DNA of 64,000 bases from Octopus vulgaris (lineage: Eukaryota). The notes beneath the pieces are model-generated. The model made no database searches. It was given only the letters and a program-made list of their open reading frames with translations, and was not told the origin of the DNA. This document shows positions 14,713-27,765 of this stretch, in pieces. Position 1 is the first letter of the stretch. The number at the start of each line of letters is the position of its first letter. The DNA lies in the NCBI GenBank assembly GCA_951406725.2, contig OX597817.1, forward strand, positions 130,138,001 through 130,202,000, read 5' to 3'. Made by a program: the position numbers and the translations under genes.

Positions 14713-15770
14713 AAATCTACAAGTGGTAATCTATAGCCTAGATACTAAGTTTCGCATTCATTCTTCATAGATGTATTCATATCCTCTAATTTTTGACGAG
14801 ACATTCATATCCGGCAAGCAGCTGATCTCTAGGAATGTGCATGTTGTTTGCTATTGCCATAGAGCAATGTCTGGTCTGATTTTCGTGAAACCGTTTCATT
14901 TAATGTGATGTAAACAAACCATCACCGGTTGCCGAGCAGTGAGACCCAAGTACGAATAAGCACCCCCGCCCACCACTACCATACACATGCACAGGTATAT
15001 CCGATACGTTTCAGTGCAGCTTCCATATACTTAACTCGCTCGCAAGACATTGGAGTTATAATCGAAAACGTTACGTGCCGCCTAGCGGGAATGAACTCAG
15101 AATGACGAGGTTGATAACGGAACTTCATAACTGCACCACCAATGCTTGCTCCGAATTGTGAACGAACATGCGTTTATATGTATGTCCATGCGCGCACGTT
15201 TGTGTATGCATCTTCTATGTGTTTATGTGTATGTATGGATTGCTGATATCCGTACATACGTATGTATGTATGTATGTATGTATGTATGTATGTATGTATG
15301 TATGTATGTATGTATGTATGTATGTATGTATGTATGTATGTATGTATGTGTGTGTATATTTCTGTGTATGTGTAGACAGATAGATATAAATATGTATGCA
15401 TGTATGTATGTATATGTATGTATATTTATGTGTATATATCGCATTTATCATTATAGTTATCATTTATGAAAACCGGAAATTACGCACAATAATGTAAATC
15501 TGAAATAAAATACATACAGACACAAGCACACACACACACACACATACACACACACATGTGCGTGTGTGTGTGTAGGGAGAGAAACAGAGAGGGGGAGATA
15601 ATGAGAAAAAGAAAGCGAAACTGCAGTAGATATATAGATGAAATAGATAAGTGTTATCTTGATCAATGTAGAGTATGTGTGTATATATGTGGTTGTATGC
15701 GTGTGTGTACGCACTCATATCTTTATATCTGTGCATGTTATAAATACATATACATACATACATATATATG

Positions 15771-15824
<54 letters not shown>

Positions 15825-16351
15825 CATAAATATATATATATAAACCTCTTGTATATATGTGGTTGTGTGTAAATGGATCCATACAACCATTTAATTTTTC
15901 TTCATTTTACCTCGTTTGCCATTTTCTTCTTTAAAATTCAAATTTCCTATCGTTTTTACCATTTCTTCTGTAATCTAAATTACATCTTTGCTCCCCTGTT
16001 TCTTTGCTTTCCTCGTTTTGATCGTTTTCTTATGTTCCAATCAACACATTGAAATTATCACGTACGCGCACAGACACAAACAGCTTACGTACATATGTAC
16101 ACACATATAACATACACAAGCGCATGTCCTCATACATGCACAACATAAGTTCCACACATACATATATATATATATATATACATAAGCATCCACTTAGAGA
16201 TACACATCCTGCATACATAAGCAGATACTTATTGCAAAAGAACCAAACATACACATATACACAAAGAACCACACACGCACACACACATATACACCCACAT
16301 ACATGCGCACTCACGCACATACATATACGCGCAAACATGAATTACTTGCAG

Positions 16352-16490
16352 GCATGGCCGTGTGTTTAACATGCTCCCTTTCCAAACATGTGGTTTCGGG
16401 ATCAGCTTTATTGTGCCGTACCTTCGGCATGCGTCATCTGCTATAGACCCGGGCCGACCAATACTTTGCGAGTGAATTTGGTCGTATATG
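16352..16490 (+). mobile_element. Family C SINE, 5' half
   Basis: catggccgtgtgtttaa...catgtggtttcgggatcag...ctatagacccgggccgaccaatactttgcgagtgaatttgg. Confidence 0.6.
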
Positions 16491-16580
16491 TATACATACA
16501 TACATACATACATACATACATACATACATACATACATACATACATACATACATACATACATACATGCATGCATACATACT

Positions 16581-17175
16581 TAGGGATTTGGGATAGAGAA
16601 GAGAAACTGTGCACAGGTGTGGAAATTAGATGCCCGTCGGATGTTAGCATAAAGCTGAAGATCAATGGAAAAGAGAATACCTCTGCTGAACTATCGAGAA
16701 ATCTGAAGTTACTCTATCCATATTACAAGTTCAGGCTTATACTTATAATTATTGGAGTATTGGGATATGTAACACACTGCCTAAATACCAATCTTGAGAA
16801 ATTAGGCTTCTCAAAACCAGAAAGGTGAAAGCTAATTGGAAGACTACAGATCCAATCCATAACTGGAACTGTAAAAATCTGTAAAACTTTCCAGAAGTTT
16901 ATCATTTAAATATATATGAGCATGAAACTATATTCATGAGAATACATACATACATACATACATACATACATACATACATACATACATACATACATACATA
17001 CATACATACATACATACATACATACATACATGCGTACATACGTACATACGTACGTACATACATACATACAAACAAACAAAATACCCTGTTGTTGATGTTG
17101 AAATGAAGGAGCCTTGAATCGACTCTTTCTCTATTTTCAAGGAATCTTGAAATAAAACTGAACAATGACATGCAT
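16581..17175 (+). mobile_element. Non-LTR retrotransposon 3' fragment with restriction-like endonuclease (R2/R4-type)
   Basis: IWDREEKLCTGVEIRCPSD...KENT...LYPYYKF..IIIGVLGYV...QSITGTVKICKTF. The 3'UTR contains (TACA)n. A second copy lies at 61600-62408. Confidence 0.75.
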
Positions 17176-17190
17176 ATACATACGTACATA

Positions 17191-17257
<67 letters not shown>

Positions 17258-17910
17258 TGTGTGTGTGTGCCTGTGTGTCTGTGTGTGTGTATGTATTGTA
17301 TAAAAGATCGTGGGTAAGGCCAAAACAACGCGAAGTAAATGCAAAGTAAGTCACCTGAAAACAAATATGTGAATCATTGAATTCAATATTTCGGAGTTAT
17401 GAGCCCATTTTCAAGAAATTGACGAATGTTGCCGATGTGCAAGTGTGTGAGCGAGTGTGCAGTAGACATGCACGGAAAGGTGTTGCTACAGAAACCAGCT
17501 AGCTTCCTGTGACTCTCTTCTATTGTTGATCTTAGGTTTCTTTTGGAGTATGAGGTTGCTCCTGTTCCGCGGTGTTGCTTTGGGACAAGAACGCAAAACA
17601 TCCAGACAGTTAGGTGATACAAAAAAGGGGACAACAAAACATCCGGATAGCCGAAACAAAGAAAACAAGGACGGGTCATTTGGAGTTTTCTTTCCTCAGT
17701 CGAGTTTCAGATTATCTTTGCAATTTTGGCTGGTTATACTTGAGATTCCTCCAACCTGGCCAGCCTCAAGGAAAAACTAAGCTATATATATATATATATA
17801 TATATATAACGGGAAGCTTTATGAAAATAAACAAAAGACGAAGGCAGGTGGAAAACAAACGAACAATTGTATTAGTATGGCGCTCAGGAAATATAAATAA
17901 AACAAGTCTT

Positions 17911-17963
<53 letters not shown>

Positions 17964-18025
17964 AGATAGATAGATAGATTCATACATACATATATACATA
18001 CATACAAACATACATACATGCATAC

Positions 18026-18097
<72 letters not shown>

Positions 18098-18166
18098 GTA
18101 TATATATATATGTATATATATACGTATATATGTATATAATTTGAAACTGACTTGAAAATTGGAAGT

Positions 18167-18209
18167 CCACCTGAAGATTGTCGATCAGGACAAGAAACAA
18201 TTGTAGTGG
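18167..18209 (+). ncRNA. Minimal type-I hammerhead ribozyme, intact core
   Basis: ccac-CTGAAGA-ttgtc gatcag gacaa-GAAA-caattg-TA^gtgg. Stem I is ccac/gtgg, stem II is ttgtc/gacaa and stem III ACAATTGT is palindromic. GUA cleavage is predicted after 18205. Confidence 0.85.
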
Positions 18210-18294
18210 CGGTTTTTTTGACTTTTTATTAAAATTTTATGTATTGATTAAGTCTTTCCTTGTTTGTTTTGCAAAATAGTGGTTTTGTCTCTAA

Positions 18295-18330
<36 letters not shown>

Positions 18331-18332
<2 letters not shown>

Positions 18333-18482
18333 CGCAGGAGTGGCTGTGTGGTAAGTATCTTGCTAACCAACCACATGGTTCCGGGTTCAGTCCCACTGCG
18401 TGGCATCTTGGGCAATATAGCCCCGGGCCGACCAATGCCTTGTGAGTGGATTTGGTAGACGGAAACTGAAAGAAGCCTGTCG

Positions 18483-18517
<35 letters not shown>

Positions 18518-18735
18518 TTGTGTGTCTGTGTTTGTCCCCCTAGCATTGCCTGACAACCGATGCTGGTGTGTTTACGTCCCCGTCACTTAGCGGTTCGGCA
18601 AAAGAGACCGATAGAATAAGTACTGGGCTTACAAAGAATAAGTTCCGGGGTCGATTTGCTCGACTAAAGGCGGTGCTCCAGCATGGCCGCAGTCAAATGA
18701 CTGAAACAAGTAAAAGAGTAAAAGAGTAAAGAGAG
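18331..18735 (+). mobile_element. Family C (CORE-like) tRNA-SINE, near full length
   Basis: A box tggctgtgtggt, B box ggttcagtccc, CORE-like ggcatcttgggcaa, internal (TA)(TG) tract and (GTAAAAGA)n tail. It is near-identical to 27285-27686. Confidence 0.85.
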
Positions 18736-18767
<32 letters not shown>

Positions 18768-19212
18768 GTGAATATCTTCTCTAAACAGACAGATATCACA
18801 TGAAAAAACACAATGCAGATATTACCTGGAAAGAAATAATGCAGCCATGAAAAAGAATGGTTGATATTAATGCATGTAAGGTTTCACAATTCTAAAATCA
18901 ATGATTCATAGTAAGCCCAAGGACTTTTCAGCCTTCACTACCCGCCCCGTATGTATAGGCAAATATATATAAATACACATATACACAGACACAAACGCAC
19001 ACAACCACACACGTGCACGCACAAACCCTACACACACACACACACACACACGCACACACACACACACACACACAAACAAACAAACACACACATATATATA
19101 TACAGCCATATATATAAATACTTATATATAAAATAATATATACATATATACATATACGTATATACGCTAGACACATTTATATTCATGTGCAATATATATT
19201 TATAGATATTAA

Positions 19213-19262
<50 letters not shown>

Positions 19263-19368
19263 CATATATAGGCATGTATGTATATTCATGCATACATACT
19301 TGCATCCATCTTACCATTCATATATTCATACTTCCATCCATCCATCCATCCATCCATACATACATACA

Positions 19369-19402
<34 letters not shown>

Positions 19403-19830
19403 CAATACATACATACATATATACATACATTCACACAAATTTTCATCATGTATACATGTAACTTCTTATTGAAAGCGTACATATGTTTGTGTGTGTATGT
19501 ATGTATGTATGTATATATGTATGTGTATTTATATATGGATGTGTGTGTTTACATGTGCGTATCTGTGTGTGTGTATGTGTGTGTATTTATGTATGGATGT
19601 GCGTGTTTACAGGTGCGCGCGTGTGTGTGTGTGTGTGTGTGTGCATACGCGTCTTAACACTTCAAAACAAGAGTATCTTTCAAAGAAATTAACGTTCGTT
19701 CTAAAGTTATATTTAAAAATAACAATGAAATTATGGTTTCAACGGCAGAAACTCAAACGCCCACCAACTCATGCCCTTCCTCGCTTTTGTCTAAATACGA
19801 AATAACTATACACATTCATAAACAAACATA

Positions 19831-19960
<130 letters not shown>

Positions 19961-20032
19961 TGTATGTATATATACGTGTCTGTGTGTCACTGCACTCGCT
20001 CACGTGATATATATATATATGTGTGTGTGTGC

Positions 20033-20075
<43 letters not shown>

Positions 20076-21260
20076 CGCATGCACACACAATAGTTTATTT
20101 ATATTAATGTACTGATGTAAACCATACGAAAAATAATGATTGACATACATACGTGTGTGTATGCGTATGTGCCTCTCTGTGTGTGTTGGTGCGTGTGTGA
20201 GTTTATAAACTTGATTAAATAATCAACAGTTACACTTAGATGCGTACGTGCATACATACATACATACATACATACATACATACATACATACATACATACA
20301 TACATACATGCATGCATACATGCATGTGTACATTTATATATACATGTTGTAGAGAGAGAAAACAACTTGAGAGGGTTTGTAAAGAAAAGATCGAAAGAAC
20401 GTGGAAGAAACAGAAGGAAAGAGGAGGGAAAAAGAAAAGAAATTAGAGAAAACTATACAGAGAGAGGGAGAGAGAGAGAGGGGGGAGGAATAGTGTTCTT
20501 TCTTCAAGAACTGCATCAAATTTGCGTATTTCTATTTTATCTTAAAACAAGCAATACAAATCCAATTTACTGAGTCACAGAGAAAATTTATTTTTTATGC
20601 CAGCGATTCCAGATTATGAGTACGGGGTGGGTGTGATGATGTGTGAAAGAGGATAGGCAGTTGTGGTGGTAGCGGTGGCGGCGGTGTTGATGCTGGTGCT
20701 GTTAGGGAAATGATTATTTTCGGCTTGTTTGCCAACGAAGACAATCACGGTTTGTTTCAGAAATTCACATATCCAATCCAGGAAACTGGCAAACCAAAGG
20801 AGTGAGATCTAAATATAAAGTGTGAGATATGAAACGGCATGGTTGTCATCTTAGCATCTATATCTCCAATACATAATCTATTTGCCTGTTTATCTCTTTC
20901 TCTCTGTCTCTCTCTGTCTCTGTCTCTCTTTCTCTCTCTGTAGATATACATATATATGTGTGTACGTGTCTATGTGTGCACATACACACATACACACAGC
21001 ACACGCACACATACATGTGTACTCCCGTACATACACGTCCACACATCACGTGTATATATATATACATATACACACACATAAATATATATAGATATATATA
21101 TCTATATACATACATATATAACACACACATATACATATACACATATATATAAATATATATATGCATATATATATACATGTATATAGATATATATATCTAT
21201 GTACATACATATATGTATACACACACACATATATATGCATATATATATATATATATATAT

Positions 21261-21449
21261 AAAATATTACATTATATAATTAGGGCTTAGTAAAATAAAT
21301 TACTTTGCCACATAAACATTATCTGAGAGAAATTTTCTTTAAGTAGTAGAAATGCTAAGAAAATTTTTTTTGGCTGCTATTTCTACTAAGTTCAGTATGT
21401 GGCAAAGTAATTTATTTTACTAAGCCCTAATTATATAATGTAATATTTT
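21261..21449. repeat. Perfect 54-bp inverted repeat with 81-bp spacer in a (TA)n-flanked cassette
   Basis: 21261-21314 is the reverse complement of 21396-21449. The cassette 3' part resembles 12200-12290 on the opposite strand. Confidence 0.85.
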
Positions 21450-21527
21450 GAATTCGCCTTAAATAGTCCTTTTACATACTGAACACTTGGTGAAATTGAT
21501 TAATTAATTAATTTTACCCTCAATTGT

Positions 21528-21574
<47 letters not shown>

Positions 21575-21740
21575 GTGAAGTATATTTGCCCCTTAAATGG
21601 GGCTAACCATGAAGGGTGGATGCTACTGTAGCTTATAGCCCCTGGAGGAACCTCCTCTAGTTGGCTATTGACACGCTTTCTGTGCCCTATCAGTATTTGC
21701 AAAAGGAAGCCATCCTTCCCGTCTTCAACCTGACATGATA

Positions 21741-21785
21741 CACACGGACTCAAGTTTCTGAGTATTGACCCATCATGAGCGTGTG
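21741..21785 (-). ncRNA. Hammerhead ribozyme motif (core G5C) in ~250-bp cassette 21572-21825
   Basis: Minus strand cacacg-CTCATGA-tgggt caat actca-GAAA-cttgag-TC^cgtgtg with a 6-bp stem I. A sister cassette lies at 61236-61490. Confidence 0.7.
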
Positions 21786-21899
21786 ACAATCACCGGTTGT
21801 CGATGAAAAGTGGTTCCCGATGCAAATATATATATCATTTTTCCAGTGACGAGCTTTCTATCAATATTGCCAGATGAAACAGTTCTCCTTTCACTTGAG

Positions 21900-22060
21900 A
21901 AGCCAAGTCTTACTTTGGGACGAGATGATAACAACTTAATCATGCTTTAAAATTCGCATAAAACACAAAGTACTTATCCATAGCTACCGGTTTTCTGTAT
22001 CTGCTTTGGCGTTCGTATCTGACCGTACATTTTTCCTTCCATACAGTTTCTTTTTTTTCT

Positions 22061-22146
<86 letters not shown>

Positions 22147-23600
22147 CGTGTTTGTTATTTTCCTCTTTAAGTATTTCTGTCTTTACACAATTATAAATTT
22201 TGATGATGCCGGACTTCTTCACATGTTTCAACAGTGGCTCCACGATTACTTTTACATACAACCCCATGCTGTTTTCCACTGCTTCGATACAATACTAGCA
22301 GCTGATCAAACCTCTCCCACCTTTCTTCTGGTCAAATACAGCCTATCGGTATCATTCTTATGGTGGAAGGTTCCGTGCACACTCAGTAGTTTTGTTGTCT
22401 TCGTATCCATGTTTAGCAGTCCTTTCTTTTACCAGTTTATTATTCCGACTCTGTACCGAAGTGATGCTATCGCCCATATATTAACAGCTTGGATTTTATT
22501 CCCTCTGGTCAATTTTGAGCACAACATCTATCTTAGTTTTCGGAAATATTCCATCTTCAGTTCTTTCATTTCCTTCTCCATGATTTCATTGAACTCTAGT
22601 ATTTGTAGCCTTCCTTTTCAATTTGATTACTCAGTTCCCTGCTAAGGACTGTACCTTGCCTCTTTTCAGATACGCTATGCCACACATTTTTAGTCCGAAT
22701 TCCATTCTAATATCAGTACTAAAACGGTGGACCGTGTTCACCAAGGAGCTCATATGTGCCTCATTCTTGTCATACAGCTCCAAATCATCCATGAATAGGA
22801 AGTGGTTGATTGTTTGAGATTTTCCCTTCAGTTGATATTTCAAGTGCATTTTCCTAAACATCAAGGTCAGGGAGATCATAGAGTGAGCAAAAAGCAACGG
22901 AGATAAGCTATCGCCTTGGAAAATCCCTCTTCTGATTCCCAGGGTGTCCAAGCTTTGTCTGTAGGATGTCAACTCAGTTTTCCACCCCACCATACTTCTC
23001 TTCAGAAAACATGTTACATTCCTTGCAATTTCAAACAAATCTAAGCACTCGATGATCCACGAATGTAGAATCATATAAGCTTTGTGACAACCAATCTAGG
23101 CCATTCCCAAATTTGTCCTTCTTCGTTTACAATCTTGCATTATCAATTTGTATATCAATAATTGGTCTTTGGTACCTCTGCATCTCCTCCTACAACCTTT
23201 TTGTTCCGTCGCTAACAAATCGTTCTCATCAAGAAATTTTTACAGTTCTTCTGCAATTGCTCCTGATAGTAACTTCCACATTAATGGGAAGCAAGCGATT
23301 GGCTTCTAATTGTCGGCAGCATTTCCAATTGATGCATCCTTCAGACACAACACTGTTCGTCCTTTTGTCAACCATCCAGGGATTTCTTCTCCATCGATCA
23401 ATGCATTAAATTGTTCTGCAATAAATTTATGGCACCTACTGAACTTCTTTTATCCAAAATCCTTACACACCATCACGTCCTGCTGCTTTCCAATTGCTTA
23501 TCTTTTATCTCATATTTCTAATAGTGTTTTCTGTGAAGAGGATAGCCTCCTGCTGGGAATAAAACACTGTTTATTTCAGGCTAAAGAGTCATTCAGCTGC
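21900..23600 (-). mobile_element. R4/Dong-like LINE, decayed RT region
   Basis: IRRGIFQGDSLSPLLF, INHFLFMDDLELY and DIRMEFGLKMCG, with flanking frameshifted pieces (MEGKMYGQ). Confidence 0.85.
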
Positions 23601-24296
23601 AGTATAATGTTGTTCTTGCTGATTCCATATCTTACCCCCAAACTGTCGACTTTCATATTATCATCACTAACATTATCACTAAGAGAGCAGTGCATGCCAT
23701 CAAAGTGATACTGGGGTAAAATATACGAAGCCCAGTATACCCATCATGACTACTCGTCTGATAAGGGTACACCAGGCACATGCATCATAACCACATAACC
23801 ATATGTGCGTGAAATTGTGATCTCATATCAAGATTAACAGCGCATGACCTTGCAGGTAGGGGCCCAGTTAGAATTTTTTTTCGAGTCGAGTAGTCCATCC
23901 TGCGCAAAAGGTCCCTGAATAAGGGTTGTTTAAGGATGATGAACAAAACACCCATGTTTCCAGAGGTGAGTTATCCAAACCCCAAAGAATTCCTTTCAAC
24001 ACATGACTATGATGCTCCCCCACTACTTCTGCTCGTGATCAGAGATGCACATATCATCATCCACCAAGGGACATGCTCAACTGGTTAAGGTCAAACAATT
24101 GACAAACAAATGTGCGTTATTGAACAGAATATTTGCTGTAGCTCATCTTTCATACAAAGACAAAAACATGTACATGATAACACTTCGAATCAGTTAAGAT
24201 CAGAAGCCATGAAAACCACTGCCTGGTACTGCATAAGGGCATTTATTATTACTATTACTATTATTATTATTATTATTACTATCATCATCTTTCGAT

Positions 24297-24344
<48 letters not shown>

Positions 24345-24384
24345 ATTATTATTATTATTATTATCATTATTATTATTATTATTC

Positions 24385-24625
24385 AGTAGTCTTATTTTTA
24401 TAACGTGCTTTCACTGCACCTCCGAGCGCAGCTCTGTGTGCCTTGGGTATGGGCCGTGGTTTGCTGTCATACGCTTATGGTTACTGAATTGAAAGTGTTT
24501 TACGTAGGATGTGTGCAGTGCCTAATAGTGCTATTTTCTGTATGTTATATATATTTGTTAGTCCTGATGTTTTTGCTATGTTTTTGCCTGAATACTTTTT
24601 TATCATACTTAATGGGCCCACTATG
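24385..24625 (-). mobile_element. R4/Dong-like LINE 3' end
   Basis: Minus strand TSGLTNIYNIQKIALLGTAHILRKTLSIQ*, then a 3'UTR running into (AAT)n. Same family as 38888-39450. Confidence 0.75.
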
Positions 24626-25135
24626 GTAGTGCGCTGGTTTTAAATTGTACTGTACAATCATATCTGATGTCATTGCTTCAATATTTTGGACAGTACAATC
24701 CTATAGATATTCTTCTCTATTACAGACTCAGGCTCGTCTTTATATCACTGCTCAGTCACTTTGAACTCACATTCTCTACAAACAACCCAACGTACTCTTT
24801 TGCCTACACAAACATACACTTACATTTTGTTCTAGCTTAATTCATTCTTTTAAGAGATGACTAACACTTCCGTCTCCTTCTCCACAAATTCAGCGTTTGC
24901 TTTCAGGCTGAGTGTTATCCATACATGTCATTATCCAGTTCATTCTAATGGTTTGTTCTTGAGTGGCTATCATTTTTCTGATTCGTGTTTTCGCTTCAAG
25001 TTTCCATCTCTTAGGTACAACCAGCATTCGTTACTTCTAACATCACCGGTTTATTTTATGAATTGGTCATAAAATTCTTTCTCTCTCCAACTATTTGGAA
25101 ATTTTCTTCCTGATTCAGTGTTTGTTTTACACATA

Positions 25136-25356
25136 CACGAAGGGGTGCTGAAAAGTTCCTGGTTTTGGGTAAAAGAAAATACAAGAGGATTAGTTAATTT
25201 CGATTTTATTCAACTTATTCCCCTCTCAGATTCGCACACTTATTACAGCGGTTCTTCAACTTTTCTAAGCCCTGTAAAAAAACTCGGAAGGTTGGGCCTC
25301 CAACCAGGGTTTTTGCGACACCCTTAAAGCCAGTAACTTTTCAGCACCTCCTCTTA
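25136..25356 (-). mobile_element. mariner-derived MITE
   Basis: TIRs cacgaaggggtgctgaaaagttcctgg and ccagtaacttttcagcacctcctc with TA flanks. The interior reads GLEKLKNRCNKCANLRGE*VE*, a mariner C-terminus. Confidence 0.85.
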
Positions 25357-25451
25357 TATATACATATATATAATGGGATGGTATTATTAAAATACCATCA
25401 TAAGTGGTAAGCGAATTAATTATCAGTCGTACAGGCAAATTAATAAAATAC

Positions 25452-25970
25452 ATACATACAATATTAGATATGTACATATATACACAAGGGTACAACATGG
25501 GTACCTATATCGCTAATGATAGAAGTCAAAAAATACTTCTATACCACCGAATAGTCACAAATCCATTAGAGACAAGATAGGAAAAAATATCAGTGAACAA
25601 TAATAAAGTCTTACATCAAATGGGTCAACCTGGTACCGGTTTCGAAATTTAGAGCCAAATAGGTGCCTGAACTTTTGCAGGCATGATGGGGGAGAATGTT
25701 AGTAGTAATTTAGCTGGCGGACTTTGGCTGATGAGAAATCAGGCACCTATTTAGCGCTAAATTTCGAAACCGGTACCAGGTTGACCAACATTTACTTGTT
25801 CTGACCCATTTGAGGTAAGACATTATTATTGTTCACCGATATTTTTTCCTATCTTGTCTGTAATGGATTTGTGACTATTCGGTGGTACAGAAGTATTATT
25901 TGACTCCTATCATTAGCGATATAGGTACTCATGTAGTACCCTTTTGTATATATGTACATATCTAATATTG

Positions 25971-25977
<7 letters not shown>
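25452..25977. repeat. Long inverted repeat (~220-bp arms) containing a hammerhead, probable inverted Penelope pseudo-LTR pair
   Basis: 25452-25670 pairs with 25739-25977, with scattered mismatches and one ~20-bp indel. Confidence 0.85.
25723..25780 (+). ncRNA. Minimal type-I hammerhead ribozyme, intact core
   Basis: ttgg-CTGATGA-gaaat(loop)atttc-GAAA-ccgg-TA^ccag. Stem III ACCGGT is palindromic. Cleavage is predicted after 25775. Confidence 0.85.
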
Positions 25978-26065
<88 letters not shown>

Positions 26066-26074
26066 ATATATTTC

Positions 26075-26400
26075 TATCTGCATAGAAGATTTTTTACTAT
26101 ACTTAAAATTGTTCTTAAACCCCAATATCGTAGTGTTGATGGTGTCGTTTGCGTTTAACAAACTTCTTCCTCCTTCTATTCTTGGTAAATAGAGCATGTT
26201 AATATTACATTTAGAGTTTTATACGTTGTGCATTGAGAGTGGTTTCCCACTTCTGTTGTCTATTTCCTATAGCTCTCTATTTATCCATTTAGAAAAGGAA
26301 CTGAATATTTTAACATTGGCATAGCTCATAAAGATTTCCCTCATAGCATTTTCTAAATTTAGATTTGTTTCTAACCCCTCGAAATCATTCTCTTCTGTGC
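26075..26400 (-). mobile_element. R4/Dong-like LINE fragment
   Basis: [14 protein letters not shown] matches RLYFPRAQGGRGL of the 34.6-kb element. Confidence 0.65.
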
Positions 26401-26447
26401 ATTGGAGACTTTATCTCGCGTTTTTCTTTCTATTATTATCATTGTTG

Positions 26448-26559
<112 letters not shown>

Positions 26560-26863
26560 CAGCAGCAGCAGCAACAGCAGTAGCGGCAGCAGTAGCGGCA
26601 GCAGCAGTGGTAGTAGTTCATTTTCGATTTAATAGATACATTTCTTTTATTTGAAATATATGAAATCCTTCACGTCCAACAATTTGTTGAAAGGCACATT
26701 TGTTCCACTGACAAAACATTTTCGATTCATTCAATACAAATTACATTTTGCATTTCAATCGATATTCATCATTGAAATTCATTGATATTTGATTCTTATA
26801 AAATATTAAGTTTCATTAACCGTCAATATTCCGTCTATTAATTACACACACACATACACACAC

Positions 26864-26948
<85 letters not shown>

Positions 26949-27219
26949 TACCGCCGGCGTAGTACTAACAGGAGTGATTGATCTAAAGTGGACGAAGAAA
27001 AAGCTCTCTTGTAAAGCATTTTACTGAAGTGGAGTAGTAGATCTGTATTAGCTGTGTAACACTGAGATAGTCTATCCCTCTAGGCCAAAGCAGTTTTTCA
27101 AATGTGCCTATAGTTTTAAGTCAGATGACTATGATAGTCCTGTAGCATTTCTAGGACAATTTTTTTTTTATTTGTTTTATGTAATGACATTTTTCTTATA
27201 CATACATACATACATACAT

Positions 27220-27274
<55 letters not shown>

Positions 27275-27284
27275 TATATATATA

Positions 27285-27686
27285 GGCGCAGGAGTGGCTG
27301 TGTGGTAAGTAGCTTGTTTACCAGCCATATGGTTCCGGGTTCAGTCCCACTGCGTGGCACCTTGGGCAAGTGTCTTCTACTATAGCCTCGGGCCGACCAA
27401 AGCCTTGTGAGTGGATTTGGTAGACGGAAACTGAAAGAAGCCTGTCGTATATATGTACATATATATATATATGTGTGTCTGTGTCTGTGTTTGTCCCCCT
27501 AGCATTGCTTGACAACCGATGCTGGTGTGTTTATGTCCCCGTTACTTAGCGGTTCGGCAAAAGAGACCGATAGAATAAGTACTGGGCTTACAAAAGAATA
27601 AGTCCCGGGGTCGAGTTGCTCGATTAAAGGCGGTGCTCCAGCATGGCCGCAGTCAAATGACTGAAACAAGTAAAAGAGTAAAAGAG
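27285..27686 (+). mobile_element. Family C (CORE-like) tRNA-SINE, full length
   Basis: ggcgcaggagtggctgtgtggt...gtggcaccttgggcaagtgtc...tgactgaaacaagtaaaagagtaaaagag. Confidence 0.85.
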
Positions 27687-27765
27687 TATATATATTCTTT
27701 TATTCTTTTATATGCTTCAGCTTTGGGGCTACAGCCATGCTAGAGTCCCATATATATATATATAT

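Noticed and set aside
23680-24245. GC-richer 560-bp segment between AAT-like tracts, considered as snRNA or HDV/twister ribozyme
   Set aside because: No known fold or snRNA sequence could be fitted. It is probably an unclassified repeat, but it is single-copy in this window.
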